NCBI RefSeq assembly: GCF_001194135.2
Contig: NC_068991.1
Span: forward strand, 40,577,068-40,641,067
DNA length: 64,000 nt
Reading direction: 5' to 3'
DNA from: Octopus bimaculoides
Lineage: Eukaryota
Positions 12,100 through 24,400 of this stretch are shown here, in pieces; positions within the stretch are counted from its first letter, which is position 1; every line of letters begins with the position of its first letter. The notes below the pieces were generated by a model that was not told the origin of the DNA, made no database searches, and worked only from the letters and a program-made list of their open reading frames with translations. Both the position numbers and the translations under genes were made by a program.

Positions 12100-13170
12100 T
12101 AAGAATGATGTTGCTTTGGGACACTACCTTGGAATGGATGGGATCTCCCCCTCTCATTAGAAATTCTCGTGGCCCCCCCTCTTGGATATCCAGCCCTCAG
12201 ACTGATGTACTTGTTGGATCCTCACCCTTTATAAGCCCTTCTGATGGATGCAGGAATAGTCAAATGATCCAAAGTTTGATATTACTCTTCTACATCTTGG
12301 CAAACATAGCAGTGAGTTGTTCTAAGCTGTTTAAATGAACAGATTAGAACTTTATAGAAGCCTATTAGATGACTAAACTGTTGTGTTGTTTCACACTAGC
12401 CCCTGGTCCTTAGGCTCCTTTAATGGAGTCCACTCTGTTGCAAGCATTCAGACCAGGTCCTTGTTTTGAGGATAAAGAGTTGTGGTTTCTTCCTCCATAG
12501 TCATCACTACAATTTCTTTAACCATAAAAAGGAAATAATTGTAATATATATAAATAAAAAGGTCATATTGTTCTTGACTTCAGCAAACTTTTTGACTGTC
12601 CATTTCAAAAATCCGCTTCAAAAGATACTTAACAGAACATTCCCCCAACAAAATGTGCTAATAGAATCCTCTCTAACTTTTATTTTACCAATTTAGATAT
12701 GTGGGGCAAGGCACAGTCATCTCTGTTTTCTTTATTTGCATCAACAATAATTTACTCTCCCCTCACACTCCACTCAGTGATCTAAGCTTTCAGTTTTTGA
12801 CTAATTCAGTTGTCAAAGGTCACTAAATATCAATAAAGTAATCAGGCCTGATCCAAAATGCAACTGGAAACAATTTACTTTTGAGCCAGAACCTATACTC
12901 TCCAAACCTCTATCTCTCTACAGAGATTTAAAAAATGGATGTATGCAATTGTATGTCTCCATCCTGTAATCAACCTAGTAATCTCCCATTCAACACATCT
13001 AAAATAATTGAATCACTTGTAAACTATCCCTTCCTACACTACTTTAAATCTCTCTCCCCACCTCACTCACTCTCATTTAAAACTACCTCAAAGGGTTACA
13101 TCAATTCAGATCCATAAAAGACCATCCCATATATCTTAATGTAGCCTCTTTCTGTTGAGATCTTCAGCAA
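12100..13170 (+). mobile_element. Highly decayed LINE-like remnant (possibly CR1/L2 RT)
   Basis: VGQGTVIS-like RT motif near 12700; otherwise weak. Confidence 0.3.
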
Positions 13171-13318
13171 AAAAAAAAAGAGAAAGAAACAATGTTACTT
13201 TTGTTGAATGTGTGAATTTTGTTGTCCTATCTAATTATAATCCTTAAAAGAGTCAATGGTTTATTACTGTTTATATTAAAATAGTAAATTTCCTTGTGAA
13301 TTTTCTTTACTTCTGTAG

Positions 13319-13362
13319 AATACCAAATGGATCTCAGCAAGAAAGATGTATTAATCCAGTGG
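13319..13362 (+). CDS. Coding exon c1 (ATG at 13327; MDLSKKDVLIQW)
   Basis: Acceptor ttctttacttctgtag, donor TGG|gtgagt; phase 0 into c2. Confidence 0.85.
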
Positions 13363-16300
13363 GTGAGTAAGATGTATGAGTATACTTATTTTAATCCCCA
13401 TCTAGTGAAAAGTTGTATTAGCTTAGTAAGAATTCTAGGCTTAGTTTTCTTGTATTTCAAATATTCTTCTCTAAATGACACATGTTTCTGTTTCATATAT
13501 TCTTCTTAAATACACCTTCTTACCTGTTTATCTACTTGGATGAGATATTGAATCGCTAAACTATACATGGTCATTTTTCCCCAAGCCTCACCCCACATTC
13601 CCTTCCCTGTTTTCAGAGTTGGCACTGTCAATGTAGGCACACTGAAAGGTAGGTCTAGTGATATTGTAGAGATGCTTGAAAGGAAACGGGTTGATGTATG
13701 CTGCACACAAGAGGTAAGATGGAGAGGAGCTTCAGCTAGGGTCCTCACAGGTAAGGCACATAGATATAAAGTCTTCTGGCAAGATAACATGGATGGAGTA
13801 GGAGGGTGTAGGCATATTCCTTGCGAAGAAATGGGTGGATAAGGTCATAGAGGTTGTCAGGGTATGCGATAGTGCTTAAGCTCAAGTTAGTCCTGCAGAA
13901 CAGCACAGCTACAATTATCTCTGCCTACGCCCCACAAGCAGGGCTACCAAATGATCAGAAGGACCGTTTTTATGATACCCTTCTACAGGCTACCTCAAAG
14001 ATGAGTGGCAATGACCTCATCATTGTGGCTGGAGATTTTAATGGGCATGTTGGGCAGAAATCCGGTATCTTCACTAGTGTACATGATATTGGTTCCCAGA
14101 ATGATGAGGGAACTACGCTACTGCAGTTTTGTGATGCATGTAACCTTTTAATCTGCAACACTAAGTTCAGGAAGCTAAACAGCCACCTGATAACCTATCA
14201 ATCAGGGGACTCTGCTAACCAGATTGATTTCATCCTCACCAGACAGCGGGATGCAGGGTTCCTCTTAATACAAAGACCCTCCCAGGTGAGGAATGCATCT
14301 CAATGTGCCCGTGAATTATCGTTGTTATTTGGTGTTAGCAAGCAAACAATATTGACTCACCTAATTCAAATCGGTGAAGTGAAAAAGTTGGATAAGTGGG
14401 TTCCATATGAACTCAATGAAAATCAGAAACAGCAACGTTTAGAAGCCTGCATTATGCTACCTTCTCATCATAAAAACGAATCATTTTTTTATCGAATTGT
14501 AACATTTGATGAGAAATGGATCCAATACAACAACTGTAAATGTTCAGCACAATGGTTGGACAAAGACGAGCCACCAAAACAGTCCAAAAAGCAAAATTCA
14601 TCAAAAGAAGCTGATGGTGTGTGTTTGGTGGTCTGACGTAGGTGTGATCCATTATGATTTCATTAAACCTGGCTCATCAATCATGGCCAAAGTATACTGC
14701 AGCCAACTGGTGTGATCCATTATGATTTCATTAAACCTGGCTCATCAATTACGGCCGAAGTATACTGCAGCCAACTGGACCATATGATGCAGAAACTTAC
14801 CAAAAAACAGCTTAGATTAGTCAACAGATCCACTCCTATTTTATTGCAAGACAATGCCAGACCACACATTGCAAAAATGACATTGGCAAAACTACAGGAA
14901 TTGGAGTTGGAAGTTCTACATCATCCACTATACTCACCAGATCTTGACCCCACTGACGACGACGACTTCCAGAATTTGGATAACATTTTGATAGGAAAAA
15001 AATTTAATTCTGACGATGCTGTAAAACAGGCCTTCCAAGATTTTATTGACTCTATATTGCCAGGCTTTTACAGTTCCAGACTGGACAAACTACAGCCGAA
15101 ATGGCAAAAGTGTATTGGCAATATGGGTGCATGCTTTGATGAATAAAACTATTCCTTGTATTTATAAAACACTAGCAAACTTTTTTTTCTTTTCTACAAA
15201 TTTCATACTTGACGACCTAATATATTGTAAAAGGAAATCAGTCTCACGTATGTTATTAAAGTATTTTCTTTCATTCTTCCCTTCCAGTTGAACAAAATAA
15301 ATCCTCACCTTGTCATAGAATCGCTCTCTGATTTGAGAGAAGGAGAGCAGTTTATTGCTTTATTGAACAAAATGTAAGTATATTTTGTTAACATAGTAGT
15401 TTGTATTATATATTCATTTATGTGAACTGTGGGGATGAGATGAGCCAGAAGGAAAGGGTTGTGATGTCAATGGTCAAGGGGCCTGACTAGAACAGGAAGG
15501 GGAAGAGAGGAAGTGAGGGAAGCAAGACCAGGGTCATCCTCTTTTGGCTTGGTGCACTCACCATGAATGGATATCAGCAGAGTGAGCTAGCGGGATTGGT
15601 AATAGCAGCTGCTAACATTAGGTGCGATGGGTAGAGCACATGTTTTGGACTTAGTACAGTTGGACAGTCAACAACAAGTAGGTAGGTGAACTGTATCTTA
15701 TTTCCCCACATTACAATTCCCTCATACAGCAAGTTATTTCAGCACTTGTGTATAGATATATTTCTCCATTGTTGTTGTCCCCTTCCATGAGATGGCAGTA
15801 AAGTTAAGGATCAGCAGTGATGCTGTCAGACCTTTCTATGGTGAAGGAGATGTAGTGGCCTGGATCTGTAAGATCAAGGTAGTGGCCAGGCTACAAGGCA
15901 TCAATGATGTAGCAGGTCTCATGGCCTTCTACCTGGAGGGAAGCACACTGGCACTGTACTTCGAGACGGATGAGGAAGATCAAGTGGCACTTGAGGAAAG
16001 TCTATATGGAGGAAACATACACCACATTTGCTAAGCTGGGAATGGTCAGGTGGACAGGGGAACAGGTCAATGAGTATGCCACGGAGGTTCAGAGACTGGC
16101 TATGCTATCTGGTTTTAGCAGAGAGGGTCTAGAGAAGGCAACACATCTGGCCTTCATAAATGGCTTTCCTGGTGACATTGGTGCAACTGCTGGGCAACAA
16201 GAAAATGGAGATGAGGGAGCTCATCACTCAAGCTCATGTGTCTACACAAAACACCAGGTAGAAGGCAGTGGTGATGGCAGCTGCAGAAGCCTGTGACGTA

Positions 16301-19300
16301 GTGCAACAACCGGTAAAGAACGAAGAGGAGAAAACTGCCATGAAGTGACAGTGACCATTCATGGGTGGGTGCTTCAAGTGTCAGGGACTGCACAGAGATG
16401 AAGCCCAGACCTGTTTGCTACTGGTGCAGGCAGGCTGGGCATATCACTCGAAATTGCAGCCAGGGAAAAGGCCACAGGGAAGTTGCTGCCTCTCAAACTT
16501 ACCCTCGTGTGCAAGTAGAGATGCTTGTGCAGTTGCTGCTCGTAGTTGAAGTCTTGGTTGAGGAAAAGGTGTTCAAAGCCCTTGTGGATACGGGCTGCAT
16601 GACGATTCTCATGACCCTAAGGGTGACAACAAAAATGGAAGGGGACAAATAGTGTTTGGGCAGTCATTGCCAGCAAAATTGGATGTAAGGGTAGCAGTGC
16701 AGGGCATAACATTGGGGCGTTGGGCATTTGTGATTGACCATGTGGTAGACGGAATTGGCATGGTAATGGGGATGGACACAATCAGCCGCCTTGAAGGTGT
16801 CAGTGTTGGTGGAGACATGGTTTTATTTGGTGGTTCAGGGGCTTCATATGCCATGAATCTGCAACATGAGAGGGAGCAGAGCTCCACAAGGGAGTGTACT
16901 GCTTACATCAGTGAGGACAGAGATTTTCAGGTGGTGTTCAGTGGTCAGTGGTGGATGGTAGAGTGTTGCTGGAAAGGAGAGCCCCTGATGCTGAAGAACA
17001 GGCTGAGCTGCTACCAGCATACCTTGAAAGGACATACCAAGAGTGAGTTTGAAGGAAAGGTAGAGAGGTGGATTAAGGAGGGTGTCCTTATCCTGTGGAA
17101 GGAGGAGGTGGTGAGCAGAGTACTACCACTAATGACAGTGGTGCAGCCAACAAAGGGCAAAGTCAGGCTGGTACTAGACTTTTGGAAGAGGAATGGCCAC
17201 GTATTGTACCACACAGGTGGTGAGGTGACTGACATCTGCGGTGAGATGTTGCATGAATGGAGACAGAGGACAAGGGTAGCGATGATTGTTGACTTGAAGT
17301 CAGCATATTTTCAGCTCCATGTGAGCAAGAAACTGTGACAGTATCAGCTGGTGCAATATAAGGGCCAGACATACTATTTGACTAGACTGGGTTTCAGGCT
17401 AAATTCTTTGCCGATGATCATGGTGACAGTGCTCAAGTCTATCCTGGGAAAGGTAGACAGGATCAGAAGGGCCACCAATTCCAATATAGATGACATCTTG
17501 GTAGACGAGACTGTAGTTCCTGCCACAGAGGTTGTAAGTCATTTAAAGAAGTTTGGGCTGATTGTGAAGTCCTTGGAGTCGATGGTTGGAGGAGTTGCAC
17601 TGGAGCTCAAGTTTCAAAGAGATAAAACAGGCCCATTAGTGTTTTGGAGGGGGAATGAGATCCCGGAACTGGGTACCAGCATCAGCAGGAGAGAACTAGT
17701 CTCAATGTTTGAAAGACTAGTGGGTCACTACCCAATCCCAAGGTGGTTGCAAATAGCATGCAACTACATCAAGAGACAAGCAGATGGGGCAAACTGGGGA
17801 GACAGTGGCAATGATGTGGGAGATCCTAGAGAGGACAAGAGCAGAAGACCCAGTAAGAAGGAACTAGTGTGTGCCTAAATTGGAGAATGGAACTGTATGG
17901 TGTGATGCTAGCAGCATAGCGAGAAGGGTTTTACTGGAAATCAGAGGTGTCGATGTGGAGGATGCGACCTGGCTTAGAACAGATGATTACAACCATATCA
18001 ACATGGTTGAGTTGGTGCTGAAGTGGGTGAATCTGACACTGAAATGGGGGCTGCACTCAATTAAAATCCAAACTGGATCGGTAGGATCATTGATCACTGG
18101 TGAAAAGAGTGTTTGAACCAAAGGGAGTTGCAGAGATGTTAGTAAAGCATTGCCTAGGGTTCTAGGAGAGCTGGCTGCCAAATTTTACTTGAAGCTGAAA
18201 GGAACAAGGCAGACATTTTGATCAGGGTGAAAAGGTCTGGTTGGCAGAGCTGGAAGATTCGAAGCAGGGAATAGCTGCAGGATGTCGGTTAAGTAACTCG
18301 GAATTAAGGAGACTTCATGCCATGCATCATATGGGCATGGGTAGAACCGTATATCTTGCCAAGAGGGTTGACACCAACGTTACTAGATAGAGCATCCAAA
18401 AGGTGGTCGGGAACTGTGACAGGTGTCAATCCAGCGACCCTGCTCTGGGTGTGCATGAGCAGGGAATCATTTCAGTAGAGCACAACTGGAAATAATTGGC
18501 AGTGAGTGTGACACACTACCGGCAGGGGACATATCTCTTGATGGTTGACTGTGGGCCAGGTTGGATGGCTATTTGGAGAGAAATGAAGACAGGCAGCACG
18601 GACAAGATTGCTTGTATCCTGAACAAGATATTCCTGGAGCGGGACCCTGTGATTGAATTACTGATAGACAACAGCATTGCATTTCGTTTGGAGATACTGT
18701 AAGAGATGCTTGATAAGTGGAACATACGCTGCTTCTTCAGAGTGGCATACAGGCTGAGTGGAAATGGGATCATGGAAAGACATCAACAAACGAACAAGGT
18801 CATGGTGGAGAGGGAGCGCATCTCACCGCCGAAAGCAGTATTCAGGTGCAATATGTCACCCCAATCAAGACAGGCCAAAGAATCTGTGTCACACAGAGTG
18901 ATATTCAGATATGAATGGCGACATCCAAGTAAGCCATCAGGATGCCCTGCAGAAGAGAGAAGGACTGTCTTCGTGAAGGTGGGAGATGAAGTCTGGGTCA
19001 AGCCCTGAAGGCATGCTGCACATCTCAGTGGAAAAGAGGAACAGTGATGGCTGTTAATTCCAAAAATAACGTTTCTGTGGATGGAATACTGCATCATGTC
19101 TTGGATGTTCACAGAATTGTTGCTTCGCCGGAGGAGAGGAAGAGAACGAGGCTCCTTCCCTACAGAGATCACAGTGTGTGAGGCGTCCACCTGGGTGGAT
19201 GGCAGATTTTGACATTGAGCAAAGTGTGGATGTGATCTTTGAGATAAAGGAGATGTGTGGGGATGAGATTTGCGAGAAAGGGCTGTGACATCAGCAGTCA

Positions 19301-21412
19301 ATGGGCCTGATCAGTACAGAAAAGGGGAGAGAGGAAGTGAGGGAAGCAAGACCAGGGTCATCCTCTTTTGGCTTGACGCACTCACCATGAACGAACGTCA
19401 TGGGATTGATAGTAGCAGCTGCTAACATTAGTGCAACAGGTAGGGCACATGTTTTGGACTTAGTATAGTTGGACAGCCAACAACAAGAATGTAGGTGGAC
19501 CATATCTTATTTCCCTGCATTAGTTTCCACATACAACATGAACAGAATTACCATTTTTGAACAACATTTTATTTTATATACAAATTGTTTTACATCAATC
19601 TTTCCATAATCACATGAATGAGATTGTAACTTCTAACATTTAACTATTGCTAACTACATAGCTATGGAATGAGAGTGAAACTTATCAATCAAATATACAG
19701 AGTTATGTAACTTGCACAGAAGCAACCTGGTTTAAACACTGTTCTTAAGTAATCCAGTCCATCTGGAACCACTTACCATTAAATTATTGTAATTTAAAAA
19801 TTTTGTTTTGTTAACTTGTGATGCTGAGTCCTACTTCTCTTGTAGAACTAGAGAAGGCAATAGAAGACTCTGGGTCTTATTACAGGTTGTATATTATAGG
19901 TAATTCTGGTACCACAATAATATATTCCATTTTTTACTCATTATGCATAGATATTCCGCTGTAGTTGGATGTCTTCTGTCATTAAAGGGAAGCCTTTGAT
20001 GACGAGTAATTGGAGAAAGGGATTCAAAAAGAATGAAGGTCTGAGAAGGAGGAGGAATTTGAGAAAGTGAGTGTTTGGAATGAGATAATGGAATAATGCA
20101 ATTTGGAAAGGAAACTGATGAAAGAAAGATCAGAAATGGGTATTAGTGAGGTGGGAATAGGAAAGTAAATGTGCATATAGAGAGTACTCAACAAATTAGA
20201 GCATATACATCAACACAGGTAACTGAGGAGGGAAACTAGAAAGAAAAGAAAGCACCATGATATCATAAAAATCAAATGAGTGGGAGGGTGAAAGGAACAA
20301 GAGTATTATCATATTATGCAGGGATATGTAGAGGTGGTCAGGGAGAGAAGGTGTGATTGGCAATGACAGGTGGACATAGGTAGAGGTGGGTGATGAGTTA
20401 AATGTGAGAGTAGGTGAGGGGTGGCAATAGAGGTTATTCAGAGAAAAGAGAGTACTGGCAGACAACATAGCATGATTAAGTGTGTATTGTATAAGGGATG
20501 ATGACAGTGGCCTAATGCAGTCTCCTGTATATAGGTTGGTGTTAGGAAGAGTAAGTAGGCAGAGTGATGAGGCTGGTGCAATGGTGGGGAAATGAGAAAT
20601 GGAGTGCTATGAGTGATAATGAGAAGGTGATTGAACAATAGGTAGATGAGAAGGAGGTCAAGGATGTAACGCGAGGGGCAACAAATGCAAGCCTGGCAGG
20701 GTACAAATATTGCAGCCTCTAAACACTTCCTTTGAATAAGAGTACATGTTGCTGTTGATGGTCAGGTCTTTTGTAGCATTGTGTACCACCAATCAATACA
20801 GTTCTTTGTCATCTCCTTCGTGAGATGAAGTATCTTCAAATAAGCCTTCACTACTTTGTTCCAAGTCTTCTTTGATTTCCCTCTTCTGTAGGCTCCTCTA
20901 ACTTGGATTGCTCAGCACTTTTCTATGTAGCAGTCATCTTCCATGCACATCACATGCCTACACCATTAGATTTCGATTATATCTGAATTTGTTGTGAAAA
21001 ATGTTCTCGAAGAGTGGAGAGAGGAGTTTCAAAAAATTCACATGAGCCAGCTTTGTTTCTTCGTAACTTTCAGAAAACTGGGTATTTTTAAGTGAAAATT
21101 TTGACATATAACTTTCAGAGTGTGTAGATTGCAATTATATCAGAATTTAATATAGAAATAAAATTGGTGCGATAATACAATACTTACTGACACAACAAAT
21201 TCCGATATAATTGTAATCTACACCATCTGAAGCGCATTCATAGAAAATTTCATTAAAAAATATCCATATTTCTGAGCCAAGAAATACGATGGAGCACATA
21301 TGTGTAAATATGCTACAGCTAACTCTGGCTAGTTACTGTGTATCATTGCACATGCATTACTGGAGCTCCATAGTAAATGTGTATTACTTTAAAATATAAT
21401 TGTAGATATATG

Positions 21413-21443
<31 letters not shown>

Positions 21444-24400
21444 NNNNNNNNNNNNNNNNNNNNNNNNNNNNNNNNNNNNNNNNNNNNNNNNNNNNNNNNN
21501 NNNNNNNNNNNNNNNNNNNNNNNNNNNNNNNNNNNNNNNNNNNNNNNNNNNNNNNNNNNNNNNNNNNNNNNNNNNNNNNNNNNNNNNNNNNNNNNNNNNN
21601 NNNNNNNNNNNNNNNNNNNNNNNNNNNNNNNNNNNNNNNNNNNNNNNNNNNNNNNNNNNNNNNNNNNNNNNNNNNNNNNNNNNNNNNNNNNNNNNNNNNN
21701 NNNNNNNNNNNNNNNNNNNNNNNNNNNNNNNNNNNNNNNNNNNNNNNNNNNNNNNTCAAGGCAGTTTTCCAGCATGACCACAATCCAATGACTGAAACAA
21801 GAAAAAGATAAAAAATATATTAAATTCCTTTAGTCAGTTATAGTTTTCTGAAGATTTCAAATTTTAATGAAAGTATAGACAAGGCATCAGTGGTTTTCTA
21901 AAATACAATCTGTAACAGTTATTTATTTGTTTTATTTAGAAAAGATACTTCTCATGATGTGACTACAAGGAAAGAACGCTTTGAAATTATACAGAAGTTT
22001 ATTGAGGGTATGTTGTTTTACTATATTCTTTGTTGTTGTTGTAGTTTTTTGACTCAGTTATTTTGTGATTGTTTCAGTTCTAGTTTGATAAGTATTGTTA
22101 GACTATTTTATAGAGATCATGTATCCCAGGGAAGAAAACTAAATGAAGAAGTGACACTGAGGAGTGTTCAAATGTTCAGTTTAAAGTCACATAAATATCT
22201 TCAGTTCACAAAAAAGCATTGAACTATATCCTTTAAGGAACATAAATTTTGTTTACTTTGTCCTTTCTACGTTATGAATGCATAACAACTGCTATTTGAT
22301 AGGTGCTCCTTTAGGAAAATCAGCAGACCACCACTCTCCTTTTGCAATCTCAGGAAGTCACCCACTCACCCTCTCCAGTCACTGGCCTACTCACTGTCAC
22401 TGGCCTACTCACTGTCACTGGCCTACTCACTGTCACTTTTCTCTACATCTCACTCTCCACTGAGGCAGTCATGTTTCCCTAGAATGCAAGATTCCTTTAT
22501 CTGTCTCTCAAGCCTACTCCCACCTCAATTGAGGGAGTTTGTCTTGCAAGTTACTTTGTGATCTAACTGTTGCTGGTGCCACATAAAAAGCACACAGTGC
22601 ACTCTGTAAAGTGGTTAATGTTAGGAAAGACATCCAGCTATAGAAAGCATGACAAAGCAGACAGCAGGAATTGGTGACTTGCCAATTTCTGTGGATCCAT
22701 TCAATCCATGCCAGCATGGAAAACAGATGTTGAATGATGATGGACATATAATACTATTCATATAAAACTTTTTAATTTGTTGGCCTCACGGAGGTGAAGT
22801 GGCTGAGTGCTTTTTGAGTGTTGGACCTCACAGAGGCAGTGACCGAGACCTTTGGCATTATATTGTGCTTGAGCACAATCGCAATTGTGGCAGATACCGG
22901 TGTCGCACAAATTGGCACCCATGCCGGTGGTACATAAATGCACCCGAGTGTCACAGAAATGGCACCCGTGCCAGTAGCACATAAAAGCACCCATTACACT
23001 CTCAGAGTGATTGGCATTAAGAAGGGCATCCAACTGTAAAAAGCCATACCAAATTAGACTGGAGTCTAGTGCAGTCTTCCAGTGCCCCAGCCCAGTCAGA
23101 CCATCCAACACATGTCAGCATGGACAACGGACATTAAATGATGATGATGATGATGTATCATATTTACTACCATAGATAAAAATGAATGTAATGAGATTAA
23201 AACACCTCTTTAATATTGTTTTCAAATTTTGGCACAAGGCCAGTAATTTCGGGGGAGTGGGTTAAGTTGATTACATCGATCCCAGTATTCAACTAGTACT
23301 TATTTTATCAACCCCGAAAGAATGAAAGGCAAAGTCATCCTTGGCAGAATTTGAACTCAGAATGTGAAGATGGATGAATCTCTTTAGTTAATACTAATCC
23401 TAGATGATAATCTTCTAATTTTACTCCTTGTTCTTGCTGGCATGACTAACCGAGAAACAATATCTTTGTTTCTAGATAAATATGATTATAAACTTGTTGA
23501 ACAAGTAAATTTTGACAAAGCTGATGAACTGGATTTTGCCAAGGTAAGCTATTTAAGGATGTCATTGGTATATATATACTGTTCGTATCCACATATTTGT
23601 GTACAAGTGTTATTTTAAATGAGACCATTAAAATATCTTTATTGCTAAACAAATATATTCTCACCATTCTTCCCCCACTCCCCACTAAATATTCATTTTA
23701 TGAAAAAATATTTTTTCTATATAGGAAAAAGCAAAATGCATAACACTAAAACTTCTTATGAAAGGTAAGGCACCTTTCACAATACCAGCTTTAATAGTGT
23801 GATACTTTAAGTTCAGAGATCCATAAAGATTACATTTAAACTAGAATTATCCAAGTGTTCCCTCATAGTGTGGCTCCTGTAGTTACATTTGAATTACATA
23901 TTCAGCTGATAGTATACATTATAAAAAGACATCAAGTAAACTGAATAGTTGATTCTACATGCATACATATAGGCATGGTGCAAGATCATTTGTATGTTCA
24001 TGGTATTGTAGCGTACACTCTAGTGAAATTCCTCTCCCCTTTATTATATATACAGGCATTCGAGCATAGCAGACAACAGCTAGCTTTTGGCCACTATTTG
24101 GACCCCGTTGTATCCACTACTCTGACTGGTTCGTATTGACGCAATTTGTCTTTTACTCTCTCACGCCAGTATGTAGCATATAACTAATCGGAGCCCCTAA
24201 ATAAGATCATGTGAGACAGCCTTTTTTCAACCCCATTTGAGCCTACTGTTCCTTATAAAAACTCACCTTCTCCTTGACTCAAGGTCTTTGGTTCCTGACC
24301 TTTTAAGGTCTAGCCACTGACCACACAAAACACAACCAGTTCTAGTGACAATGTCAGACGACCCGTCCAACAACATTATGGCAACCTCCATCTTCATTGC

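Noticed and set aside
15711-15724. Self-priming PBS for the Gypsy, assuming the LTR ends at 15710
   Set aside because: LTR homology and the TGAAC TSD show the LTR extends to 15731, so this sequence is inside the LTR.
19975-20025. Second hammerhead-like motif (TTGATGA..GAAA)
   Set aside because: C3 is missing and stems I and II cannot be placed in the correct register.
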